From NCBI GenBank assembly GCA_951406725.2, contig OX597827.1, forward strand, positions 58,652,001 to 58,716,000: 64,000 bases of DNA, read 5' to 3'. Position numbers and translations under genes: made by a program. Origin of the DNA: Octopus vulgaris (Eukaryota). The notes under the pieces were generated by a model. It ran no database searches. It worked only from the letters and a program-made list of their open reading frames with translations, and had not been told where the DNA came from. Shown in pieces: positions 43,163-54,413 of the stretch (positions within the stretch are counted from its first letter, which is position 1; the number at the start of each line of letters is the position of its first letter).

Positions 43163-43572
43163 CTTATTTCTTTATTGCCCACAAGGGGCTAAACATAGAG
43201 GGGACAAACAAAGACAGACAAAGGGATTAAATCGATTACATCGACTCCAGTGCGTAACTGGTACTTTATTTATCGACCCCGAAAGGATGAAAGGCACAGT
43301 CGACCTCGGCGGAATTTGAACTCAGAACGTAATGGCAGACGAAATACCTATTTCTTTACTACCCACAAGGGGCTAAACACAGAGAGGACAAACAAGGACA
43401 GACAAACGGATTAAGTCGATTATATCGACTCCAGTGCGTAACTGGTACTTATTTAATCGACCCCGAAAGGATGAAAGGCACAGTCGACCTCGGCAGAATT
43501 TGAACTCAGGGCAGACGAAATTCGGCTACGCATTTCGCCCGGCATGCTAACGTTTCTGCCAGTTCGCCGCCT
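43163..43572 (-). mobile_element. SINE family B dimer, ~270 nt downstream of the Not stop codon
   Basis: One head and two ~170-bp body units. Confidence 0.9.
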
Positions 43573-43839
43573 TGCTGTAGTTATTCTTTTTCTCGCAATT
43601 GCTGTACTTGTTAGTATAGTTCCAACTGTTGTTGTTGTTGTTGTTGTTTATTGTTGTAGCTGCTCTTATTTCCGTTGCAATCGCATTCAATTGTTGCTAT
43701 TGTTGTTCTTGCTGCCGTCGTTATTGTTGTTGCTGCTGTTGTTGCTATTGCATTGATATAGTTCAACCACTCCTCTTCCAGTGTATTCATGCATCGTATT
43801 TCGCTTCTACAAAAGAACCAGATCGCACCAAATAGATCT

Positions 43840-44503
43840 TCATAACCTTCTGTTGCTATTGTTGTTGCTATTGCTATACATACTGTCGTTGCTATTTTTT
43901 ATGACGTTGCTGTTTCTGATGTTGCTACTACTGTTGTTGAGATGGACGACTCTGTTGTCGCTGTTATAACTACTACTACTACTACTGCTACTACTACTAC
44001 TACTAAAACTGGAGTTGATGTTGGTTTTGTTGTTACCATTATAGATGTTGTTGTTGTTGCTGTTATTGATATAGTTCATACTGCTTCTAATATCGTTGTT
44101 GTTATTGCTGTTGTTGTTGCTATTGTTACAACTCCCACCATCACCACCACCACTACTATTACTACTACTGCTACTACTACTACTATGGCTGCTGTTACTG
44201 TTGCTGTGAATACGGTTAACTCTATCACCTCTCTCTGCCATCTCCTCCATTCTCTGATCCTCCACTCGCCTTTCCTCTTCCCCCTCTGCAACCCTTTCAC
44301 CTCCCCCTTCATCATCCTCCTCCTCGTCATCCTCATCACCCTCCTCGTCTTCCTCTTCACTGTCTGTCTCCGCCATGAAACGGCATTGTGTGTAATGGGC
44401 TTTCATTGCCTCCTGTTGCTGCTTTCGCATTTTGATTCGTCGATTCTGGAACCAGACCTTCACCTGGACTTCTGTCAGATCTAGCTTGCCGGCCAAGTAG
44501 TAC
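43840..44503 (-). CDS. not: Not/Noto-family homeobox gene, terminal coding exon (helix 2-3 + low-complexity C-terminus)
   Basis: Acceptor tttgtttcttttaacAG|G. The AG+G junction rebuilds Arg31 in frame, then [30 protein letters not shown], an acidic stretch and Ser/Asn-rich tail, to TGA at 43840. Intron 44504-46173. Confidence 0.92.
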
Positions 44504-44572
44504 CTGTTAAAAGAAACAAATATATAACATATTACATACATATACACATGCATACATAGGTACATACATACA

Positions 44573-44631
<59 letters not shown>

Positions 44632-44635
<4 letters not shown>

Positions 44636-44849
44636 ACAATCAAGGAACGGCCATAATAGGCCATTCACCCACTAGAAATAACAGCCAAAGCTTCAACCGC
44701 AAATAAAAATTAATTCCGTAAACCAGGAGAAAATTTAAAAAATTTAAATTTTCTCCTGGTTTACGGAATTAATTTTTATTTGCGGTTGAAGCTTTGGCTG
44801 TTATTGTTGATGGTGAATGGCCTATTATGGCCGTTCCTTGATTGTTGAT
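44632..44849. repeat. 218-bp near-perfect palindrome inside the homeobox intron
   Basis: atcaacaatcaaggaacggcc...ggagaaaatttaaa-aaa-tttaaattttctcc...ggccgttccttgattgttgat; one ~8-nt internal mismatch block. Confidence 0.95.
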
Positions 44850-44948
44850 GTTGAACTTAAAAATGGTCTATGACTATTTAATTTTTTCCCACTAGGCCGC
44901 TGGTGGCAAAAGAATTCTACAAAATTTTTTTTGCCACCCTATATTGAT

Positions 44949-44998
<50 letters not shown>

Positions 44999-45005
44999 AA
45001 CATAT

Positions 45006-45715
45006 ATTTTACTCTTTACTCTTTTACGCTTTTGCTTGTTTCAGTCATTCGACTGCAGCCATGCTAGAGCACCGCCTTTAGTCGAGCAAATTGACCCCAG
45101 GACTTATTCTTTGTAAGCCTAGTACTTATTCTATCGGTCTCTTTTGTCGAACCGAGTGACGCTTTTATGGTGATGGCACCTTCGGCTCTGTTGTATAGGT
45201 TTAGGGGCTCGGAGGAGGCAAACTCAGGTACTACCCTGAACAGTACATACTCTAGCTATCCCCTATGACTTGGATCGATTGCACCAATAATTCACAGGTT
45301 CAACCTTGCCAAACACTAAGGATAAAGAGGATAAAAATCCTTCTCGAATCATAGACTCACAGGAACTGTTTCCCGGACATAATCCCGAATTGGGCGGGAC
45401 ACCATTTGATCACAGGATTACTCAGTTTTGACAGCTGAGTGGACTGGAGCAACATGAAATGAAGTGTTTTGTTCGAGAATGCAACGCACCGCCCGGTTCA
45501 GGAATCGAAACCGCAATCTTATAATCGTGAGTTCGACAACCTAACCACTAAGCTCCACGCCTCCAGTTTGTCACACATTATGTCGCACTAATTCCGCCTA
45601 AGAATTACATCAAGGATATACGTAAATGTGGAATACTCGGCTACTTACACGTTAACTCATAAGTAGTTCGGTTGATCGAATAACTGAATACCCAACGTCG
45701 GAAACCAACAGCAGA
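45006..45715. mobile_element. Intronic stack of SINE A, C and D fragments
   Basis: A tail (-) 45006-45155; C (-) ~45340-45565; D-like ~45570-45715. Confidence 0.7.
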
Positions 45716-45790
45716 TACGTCATCATGATATCATCATAACGTCATCACATGTAACTTTTTTTTTATTTACACTTTGACGAGAAACAAATA

Positions 45791-46150
45791 AAACAAGAAC
45801 ACCCAGAGAGCGCAAACTCCAAAGCAACACCAACATCCTCTCAACCAGAAATGATTTTTAAAATGAGAATATCTGAAATAAACTCGATTGCTCTCACAAA
45901 CGAGAATACTAAAAATGAACCTGACCGCTCTCAAAAATTAAGTAAAAAAACTGGAAAAATAATCCAGAATCCTTGTCCGATACTGGATCGATCCCAAAAT
46001 CTAATCAGTTCGTGCCGGTCACGAGGCTAAACATCTAGGGACGTTTCATTCGAATCCATCCAGCGGTTCTTGAGATATCTAGTCCACAGATAAACAAACA
46101 AACAAACACAACTGAAAGCAATACCTCCGCCTTAAGATGGCGGAGGTAAA
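45791..46150 (+). mobile_element. Helentron-associated (DINE-1/HINE-like) non-autonomous element
   Basis: Starts aaacaagaacacccagagagcgcaaactcc; internal (ACAA)n; terminal hairpin tacctccgcc-ttaagat-ggcggaggta (46122-46148) followed by an A-run. Confidence 0.65.
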
Positions 46151-46173
46151 AATATGTAAACGGTGTAACGTAC

Positions 46174-46402
46174 CTTTCTGTCCCTACCATATATTGTTGC
46201 CGGCTAAACTCATACTCTAATCGTTCAAGTTGTTCTGGTGTGAAAATTGTGCGAACCCGTTTGCAGCCTTTACTCGGTGATGAAACTTTATTCTGTATTT
46301 GTCCATGTGACTGTATTGACAGTTGTCGCTTCCGGTCTCCCGGCGAGATTCTTGAGACACTACTTCCGTTTGGGCAGCGACCACTTAAACTGTCCTCTTC
46401 CG
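46174..46402 (-). CDS. not: Not/Noto-family homeobox gene, internal coding exon (linker + homeodomain residues 1-31)
   Basis: Minus strand: polypyrimidine tract ...ttctttgcAG, then an open 229-nt exon ([77 protein letters not shown]) ending AG|[29 protein letters not shown].ER is the Not/Xnot/floating-head signature. Missed by the ORF track. Confidence 0.92.
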
Positions 46403-46637
46403 CTGCAAAGAAAAAAATAATACTGTTGTGATGATTTTTATCAGTTTCTATCAGAATAATTCACTTTTCTCCATTCTCTTTTTTTTTTCGCCACCACCCC
46501 TTTCCCCTCTCTCTCCCCACCTCTCTCTCTCACATTCACATACACACAGACATCGACACACCACACACCCAGACATAGACACACCACACACACAAAGACA
46601 CCATACACACACACACTCTGTTTATTTCCCCGTGTTC

Positions 46638-46673
46638 CTTTCTGTTGAAAAGCATAGGCTCGAAACATAAAAG
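46638..46673 (+). ncRNA. Minimal hammerhead-like motif in a short microsatellite-embedded element (46615-46765)
   Basis: cttt-CTGTTGA-aaagc/atag/gctc-GAAAC-ATA-aaag; variant core and imperfect stems. Confidence 0.45.
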
Positions 46674-46760
46674 ACTTTCTCACCTTCCCGAGCGTCAAAC
46701 TAATACACCTGCTTGTTGTTTATACACCTGTCTTTGTCTTTTGTTTTTTCTGCAAATTTC

Positions 46761-46801
<41 letters not shown>

Positions 46802-46802
46802 A

Positions 46803-46911
46803 AGAAATACAATAAGAGGCTTCCAAATAGGAAAGCCTTGTGCTAGAAAGAGCAGTAGAAAACTCAAAACCACCAAGGCTTTCCTATTTGGAAGCCTCTT
46901 ATTGTATTTCT
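46803..46911. repeat. Perfect 38-bp inverted repeat with 33-nt spacer
   Basis: agaaatacaataagaggcttccaaataggaaagccttg ... caaggctttcctatttggaagcctcttattgtatttct. Confidence 0.95.
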
Positions 46912-46959
46912 ATGTGAATAATATATAGTCTAATAATAATAATTATTATTACCCTATTG

Positions 46960-47005
<46 letters not shown>

Positions 47006-47977
47006 CTTGTATGTGATTTAAGAGCGATTTAGCTGTCATTTTTAGCACATCTCATGACCACCTAATACCCCCTTCGCTTCTTTATCCCTCTGATATGTAT
47101 TGATATTTTTCAATATTTTTCTTCCCTTAAGCACATTTAATGGAATGATGGTACATCCAAGGATCCATTGCTAGAATTTTTTTTTTAAATAGAAAAAAAA
47201 AAGAATGGAAATTTTAGAATTTATGGGTAGAGGTGTGGGGGTTAAAAAATGTTTAAAACATATTTTCATGATCGCATGAACACAAATTCTCAAAAATTTT
47301 CTGAAAACGACAAAAGAAAAAAAGTTACGAAGGTTTTATGGGATGCTTAAACCAGAATCCCATCAATATTCGATCCTGATACTGCCAGTTTAAACGTTAA
47401 AGAGTCAAGCAATTTACTGGATTTAAATGTAAACAATATTGTTGATTAGTGACTCGTAATTCGATTAGGAGTTAATGAGAAAGTATTTATCAGTGAACAA
47501 TAACCAGAAAGTAATCATTAATTAGTTGTGGTGCAATAAATTGAGATGAATGGGTCATTAAGTCATCTGATTGCTGCCTCGTGAAAGCCAAACCAAGTCA
47601 AAAGAGCGAAATACTTAGCGAGTCGCTGAGTGGTCCCTCGACCGTCTAGAAATAGCATCATAACCCCCCTCAAATACACTTAAAAGGGACACTATAGATG
47701 ACGTAGGCTAAGATGTACTATGCTTGAAAAAAAAGGGTGGGTTAGTCATAGCTGGATTGCCTTTGATTACAATGACATGCTGGAATTTATGACAACAAAG
47801 TATCATGATACATGACAATATAAATTATTCCTAATTTCGGCATGAAGTTAGCAGTTTTGAAGGGAGGGGGTAAATCGCTTATATCGACCCGCAAATGCTC
47901 GACTGGTACTTTATTTTATCAACCCCTAGAGGATGGAACAAAAAGTCGACCTCGGTGCGATTTGAGCTCAGAACTTA

Positions 47978-48435
47978 GAGCATCGGAAAAATACAGTCTT
48001 CCACTGCTCTAGGGACCAATTCTGTAGGTTTTTACTCCACTCTAAACGCTTTGCAACGTTTTTTTTTTTTTTTGAAATTAGTGGTTTTCCAATTGTAACC
48101 CTCTCATAAAATCCGGCTTTATGCAGCTCCTGACGAACAGTTTTTGTTGAAACTGGGTTCTCGAGGTAGTCATTAAGTTCTGCAGTAATTCTGGGAGCTG
48201 TATTTTTATGATCCTTTCTAACAATTCGCATGAGAGTCCGACGGTCCCTATCTGAAAGTTTTGGTTTTCTTCCGGAGTTTTGTTTCGATGAGGAGGTTTT
48301 TCCCACTTTCTTAAAGACTGTCATTACTTTCGAGACAGTACTTCTTGATACACCAAACATTTCGGCTGTTTTCGTTTTGCGAGCACCTGCCATGCGAGCG
48401 CCAACAATTTGACCTCTTTGAAAGTCCGATAGATG
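47978..48435 (-). mobile_element. Tc1 fragment (N-terminal half), same family as 19069-20337
   Basis: ORF 47968-48393: AEMFGVSRSTVSKV...GRKPKLSDRDRR...RLEWSK...WSLEQWKTVFF; abuts a SINE B fragment. Confidence 0.9.
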
Positions 48436-48470
48436 TGTATATATATATGTCTTAACTTTCCTCTCAAACC

Positions 48471-48522
48471 GTCTCCGATGAAGAGATATTATTAATTAAT
48501 ATCCTAGAAACAGCTGTAAGAC
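48471..48522 (+). ncRNA. Minimal hammerhead ribozyme motif with palindromic stem III
   Basis: gtct-CCGATGA-aga-gatatta/ttaat/taatatc-cta-GAA-ACAGCTGT-A-agac; lies between TA-rich microsatellites. Confidence 0.62.
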
Positions 48523-49189
48523 CTTCTATCTATAAATGCTCTAAAATCTATACAGCCTTGGTTTTTTTAATCTTATTACACAAAAAATTCTTATATATAT
48601 GTATGTATGTCTATATGTATTATATGTATGTGTGTATAAACCGGTGTTGGTTTGTTTATGTTCCCATAACATAGCGGTTCGTAAGCAGAGGTCGACAGAA
48701 TAAGTAGCGGACCTTTCAAAAACAAAACAATTGGATCGATTCATTCGACTAAAACCCTCCATGATGTGGCCCTAACGTGGCTTGCAGTCCAATGACTGAT
48801 GCTAGTAAAAGATAAAGAATAAAAAGATTACACGTCCACGCTAACATCATTGAAAAACTTAACAGTTATTGTTACATGGGAAACATATAGGAGCTTTTCA
48901 TATACCCTTCGACAAACAACATTTAATAAAGAAAACAGTGTGGAAATGGAAGGCGTGGAAATAAGATATAATCTCTTGCAAATTTCACATGCCACCGTGA
49001 TAGTTGCATACGTCATGTCAAATCATACTGAGAGCGTTGACGAAACTTCTCTGAGTTTAACTAGACGTCTAAACATTTCTTTACCCAGAGTGGGACACTT
49101 GAAGTAACACTTCATCATCACAAAATCTTTGAGTGTGTAATAAGATAACAAAAACGTTACCAATATTGAACAAAAAACACAAGCTTCGT

Positions 49190-49719
<530 letters not shown>

Positions 49720-50219
49720 GGAGTTACTGTATGTGTGTGTCTCTTTTGTGTTTGTGTGTATACTTACGAATACAAACATATCCATATTGTGTGACGTTAT
49801 ATCCACGTTTTTTTTTTTTTTTTCAAGTAGTAAATGTAGCGTGAATATTTGCGTTGCCATTTGATAACGTTAAGTGTTCGCTGGTAACCAGGATCGATAA
49901 TACTCATTGTGTATACACACGTTGTCTCCTTCTCTGTATATGTATGTATGTATGTATTTACATGTGCACATGCAGTTTTTCTTTAAGCGTGTATATTTAT
50001 ACGTGTTTGCAAGTGTGTGCACGCGTGTGGTGCATGTGGTGCACGGTAGGTGTTGCTCAATGGGCATGGGAATTAATTTAAAGTAACAGGTCCTTAAACT
50101 CCGGCAAATTTATCCGGGCTACTTCTAAATATCAGATAACACTTATAAAGTGTTTACAGATATTGAAAGAATGAGGACGTTCTAGTCATCCAACCATCCA
50201 TCAGTGAGTGCGTCCATCC

Positions 50220-50298
<79 letters not shown>

Positions 50299-50495
50299 CA
50301 TCTATCCATCTATCCATCCATCTATCTATCCATCTATCCATCTATCCATCCATCTATCTATCCATCTATCCATCTATCCATCCATCTATCTATCCATCTA
50401 TCCATCCATCTATCTATCCATCTATCCATCTATCCATCCATCTATCCATCCATCTATCCATCCATCTATCTATCTATCCATCCATCCATCCATCC

Positions 50496-50530
<35 letters not shown>

Positions 50531-50853
50531 AATATAAAATGTGACTTCATTGACCGAGGTTACCGTGGTCTTTTCCGTAGGCTTTTCTTTCCACGGGTAA
50601 ACCTCACCTGTCCTCCCCTTTACACTTCATATTGACATTTCTGTGATAACGATCCCTATTGATCAATTTTTTTTTTTTTCCTCTCCCCCTTTTTTTTAAC
50701 CCCCTTTTTTGTCCTCTTTCTCTCCTTTTACGATCCCTTTTGATCGAAACTCCCCTTCCTTTTTTTTTTTTTTTTTTTTAAACCTTCAAAAGAAAAGCTC
50801 TACCTTGTAATTTGTTCTATCTGTGTGCAGCCCTGTGTGGCTAATAAAGAAAC
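50531..50853 (+). mobile_element. 3' end of a non-LTR retrotransposon (Tx1/L1-like) inserted in (TATC/TCCA)n
   Basis: Pyrimidine-rich UTR-like segment ending ...gccctgtgtggctAATAAAgaaa, flanked on both sides by the same tetranucleotide array. Confidence 0.5.
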
Positions 50854-50943
50854 ATATCTATCCATCTATCCATCTATCCATCCATCTATCCATCCATCTA
50901 TCCATCCATCTATCCATCTATCTATCTATCCATCCATCCATCC

Positions 50944-51007
<64 letters not shown>

Positions 51008-51032
51008 GTCTCTATCTATCCATCTATCTACG

Positions 51033-51069
<37 letters not shown>

Positions 51070-51236
51070 TTATGAATTTATTTTGCAAGATTCCTGATGT
51101 GAAATCAAGTGTTTAAACAGATATTGTTATACTTCGGGACAATCATATTTTTTTTCTTGCTAAATAAACACACGTATTATATATTCGTTCTTCACTCATT
51201 TATTATTGTTCATATTTTTTTTCATCTTATGTCCAT

Positions 51237-51281
51237 AGTCTGGAAATTTTTCGTCACACATCTGTGACCTCTTCAATGACT
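51237..51281 (-). ncRNA. Degenerate hammerhead-like motif
   Basis: Minus: agtc-a-TTGAAGA-g-gtcaca/gatg/tgtgac-GAA-aaatttc-ca-gact. Confidence 0.5.
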
Positions 51282-51399
51282 CTTCCATCCTACGTGCCTC
51301 CTCCTGACCCGTGTACTTCATTCTGTCTTTCTATGCTGTGTATCTTTATCTGCGCATGCGTTTGCATTTGTATATACAATAATTATTCTGCCCAATACT

Positions 51400-51830
51400 A
51401 CAGATTTTACTTGTCAGTTACTTGGCCTTAACCAGCTGAGCATGTCCCTTAGTGGTTGACGCTAAGTGCATGTCCGATCACAAATAGAAGTATTTGGGTG
51501 GAGGCACCATAACCATGTGTTGAGAGGAATTTTGCGGGATTTGAATAATTCACCTCTGAAAATATGAGTGTTTTGTTCAACATCCTTAAACAGTCCTTAT
51601 TCATGGACCTTTTAAGCGGGATGGACTACTGAACCTGAAGAAAATTCCTACTGGGTTCCACCTGCAATATCATGCGTTGTTTATTTTGATACGAGATGAC
51701 CATGTCGCGAACATATGGTTGTAATGCATGTGCCTGGTGTACCCTTATCAGACGGGTAGTCATGATGGATATATTGGGTTTCGTGTCACTTTGATGGCAT
51801 GCGCTGTTCTCTCATTCAATAATAATAATT
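51400..51830 (+). mobile_element. Retroposon-like fragment with (AAT)n tail
   Basis: Non-microsatellite 430 bp ending ctctcattcAATAATAATAAT. Confidence 0.35.
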
Positions 51831-53797
51831 GCCATTTATTGTTGGGTCCTTGGGGACAATATCAGAAGCCATCAGTGCCCAGTAGAACTGTTACAAAAGG
51901 TTTGCCTCTTTGGCATGGCCGGAATAATCAGGAAAGTATTAAATAATTGAAAAAAACAGATAGCATGGTACCGTAGGCTGCAGGCTGCAAGCCCGCTACG
52001 CTTTTTATCAAAATCTGTGATATAAAAAAAAATCGTATCTGAGGCACAAGGCCGTGTATTCTGTGAGGAGTGGGGCTGGTCGTTACCATCGACCTCAGTA
52101 ATTCGATGGTGCTTTATTTTATCGCCCCTAAAAGGAGAAATTTGACCTCGACGGGAGTTGAACTCAGAACGCAAAGTTGGAAGAAATACCGCTAAGCAAT
52201 TTTTCCAGCCCAGTAACGACTCTGCTTGCACGCAGCCATAGTAATGACAATAATGATGATTTCAAATGTTGGCACAAGGCCAGCAAATTTTCTTTTGTTG
52301 GGGGGTATGTCGATTGCATCACTCCAGTGCTCAACTGATACTTATTTTATTGACGCCAAAGGTATGAAATGCAAAGTTGACCTGGGCGGAATTTGAACTC
52401 ATAACGTAATGACAGACAAGATGCCGCGAAAGCATTTTGCTCGGCGTGCAAACGAGTCTCCCAGCTCGCCGCCTTCATCATTGTATTCAATGATAATGAT
52501 AATAATGATGATGATGGTGATGATGATGATGATGATGATGATGAAGAAGAAGAAGGAGAAGGAGGAGGAGGAAGAAGAAGAAGAAGAAGAAGAAGAAGAA
52601 GAAGAAGAAGAAGAAGAAGAAGAAGAAGAAGAAGAAGAAGAAGAAGAAGAAGAATTACATTTTCCTGGATCTTATTTCTTTTTTCGAAAAAAAAAAAAAC
52701 GAAACAAAAACAAAAAAAAAAGGGAACAGAATGCTTTTGAACCTTGCTCCTATTCAATAGCGATCGACCATCGCATAGTATAATAAATAAAGTTTTATTA
52801 AAACTTAGTTTATGGCGAGGAGGAAGATGAAGACAAGTTATATAAAAGCTAAGCATTGCCTTTTATATTTTATATTGTGACGTAAGTATAATACTGCACG
52901 TCTTTTTTTTTTTTTTTTGGATTTTTCCAAACCGGTTTCTTTTTTTTAATTATTTTCAGATTTTATCTAAAGTGTATTATTCCATTTCGTTATTGCTATG
53001 ATTTGTTACGTTTAGGAAAGCTATCGTACCATTTTTGGGTTATGCTTCTGTATAAATTATATAACTTGGCTCCAACTGCGATAATTGAATTGGGGAAAAG
53101 GGAAAGAAAGAAAGAAACGAAGAAGGAAGGGAAGAAAACAAAATTTTTTGGTGGAAGAAGAACGAAAGATGGATGAATAATTAGAAAGAAACGTGGTGTA
53201 TTATTGAACAAGAAATGAATGAGAGAAAAACTGAATGAGAAAGAAGAGAAAATTAAATGGAGGAAAACAAAAACAAAAAAATAAATACTAATAACGAACA
53301 CGTGTATATCGTATTGTCATTGTCAAGAGATTTATCTAAACTCATTTTAAAACTTGTTTCAAATAAGCGATAGATTAATTCCAAATGTCCATACAAGCAT
53401 ATTTATTCCACAATGATTATATATATATATATATATATATGTATGTGAGTGTGTGTGTACGTGTGTGTGTGTAAGTGTGTGTGTGTGTGTGTATACACAG
53501 ATAGATATATATGTGTTTATATATATATATATAAGTGTGTATGTGTGTGTGTGTGTAAATATGTATATATAAATGCATTATACATACAGATATAGACGCA
53601 GATACGAGCAGAGTTATAACAATTTACGCGTGCATGAATATGTACATACATCCATAAGCACACACACATACAGACACACATACACACACACACACAATCA
53701 TACACACATTTATACATACATACACATGCGTACACAAAACTGTAAAATATATTGTTCAACGATTTCAGTTTATTTTTGAGAAATTCATTATTAAACG

Positions 53798-53828
<31 letters not shown>

Positions 53829-54364
53829 TGTATGTATGTGTGTATGTATGTATGTATGTATGTATGTATGTATGTATGTATGTATGTATGTATGTATGTA
53901 TGTATGTATGTGCGTGTGTGTGAGAGAGAGAGGAGAGAGAGAGAATGTATATACGTGTCTGGGGAAGAGCAGGTATAGTCGTATAATTTAGAAGTGTACG
54001 AACTCGGGACCATGCATCAAGGTTGCGCGGTACCGAGTTCGTTCTCAGCGTGGCAACCTGAGCAGGTTTTTTCTATTATAGCCTTGGGTGTCTAATAACG
54101 TATGAGTATTAAATCGATTAGATCGACCCCAATGCGTAACTGGTACTTATTTAATCGATCCCGAAAGGATGAAAGGCAAAGTCGACCTCGGCGGAATTTG
54201 AACTCAGAACGTAGCGGCAGACGAAATACCACAAAGCATTTCGCCCGGTGTGCTAATGTCGACTTATAATAAAAACAATTTTATGGTTAACTGGAGCGTT
54301 TCTTAGTACTCTTTGTACACTATATATTCATTGTTATTTTGTAACAAGAATAGTATTGACAGTG

Positions 54365-54398
54365 ACTTCGACGTTTCGGCCTACTAAGCCATCTTCAT
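54365..54398 (-). ncRNA. 5'-truncated hammerhead-like motif
   Basis: Minus: (a)TGAAGA-t-ggct/tagta/ggcc-GAAAC-GTC-gaagt; the stem I 5' strand is replaced by TA repeat. Confidence 0.5.
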
Positions 54399-54413
54399 AT
54401 ATAATTTATGTAT

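Noticed and set aside
44504-44664. N-terminal part of track ORF 43840..44664 (MAYYG...YIYI...MYVC)
   Set aside because: Intronic microsatellite read-through; the true exon starts at the acceptor at 44503.
44648-44833. GGCC-N6-GGCC motifs resembling an SfiI/SMART cloning adapter
   Set aside because: The spacing is 6 rather than 5 nt and the motif is simply part of both palindrome arms.
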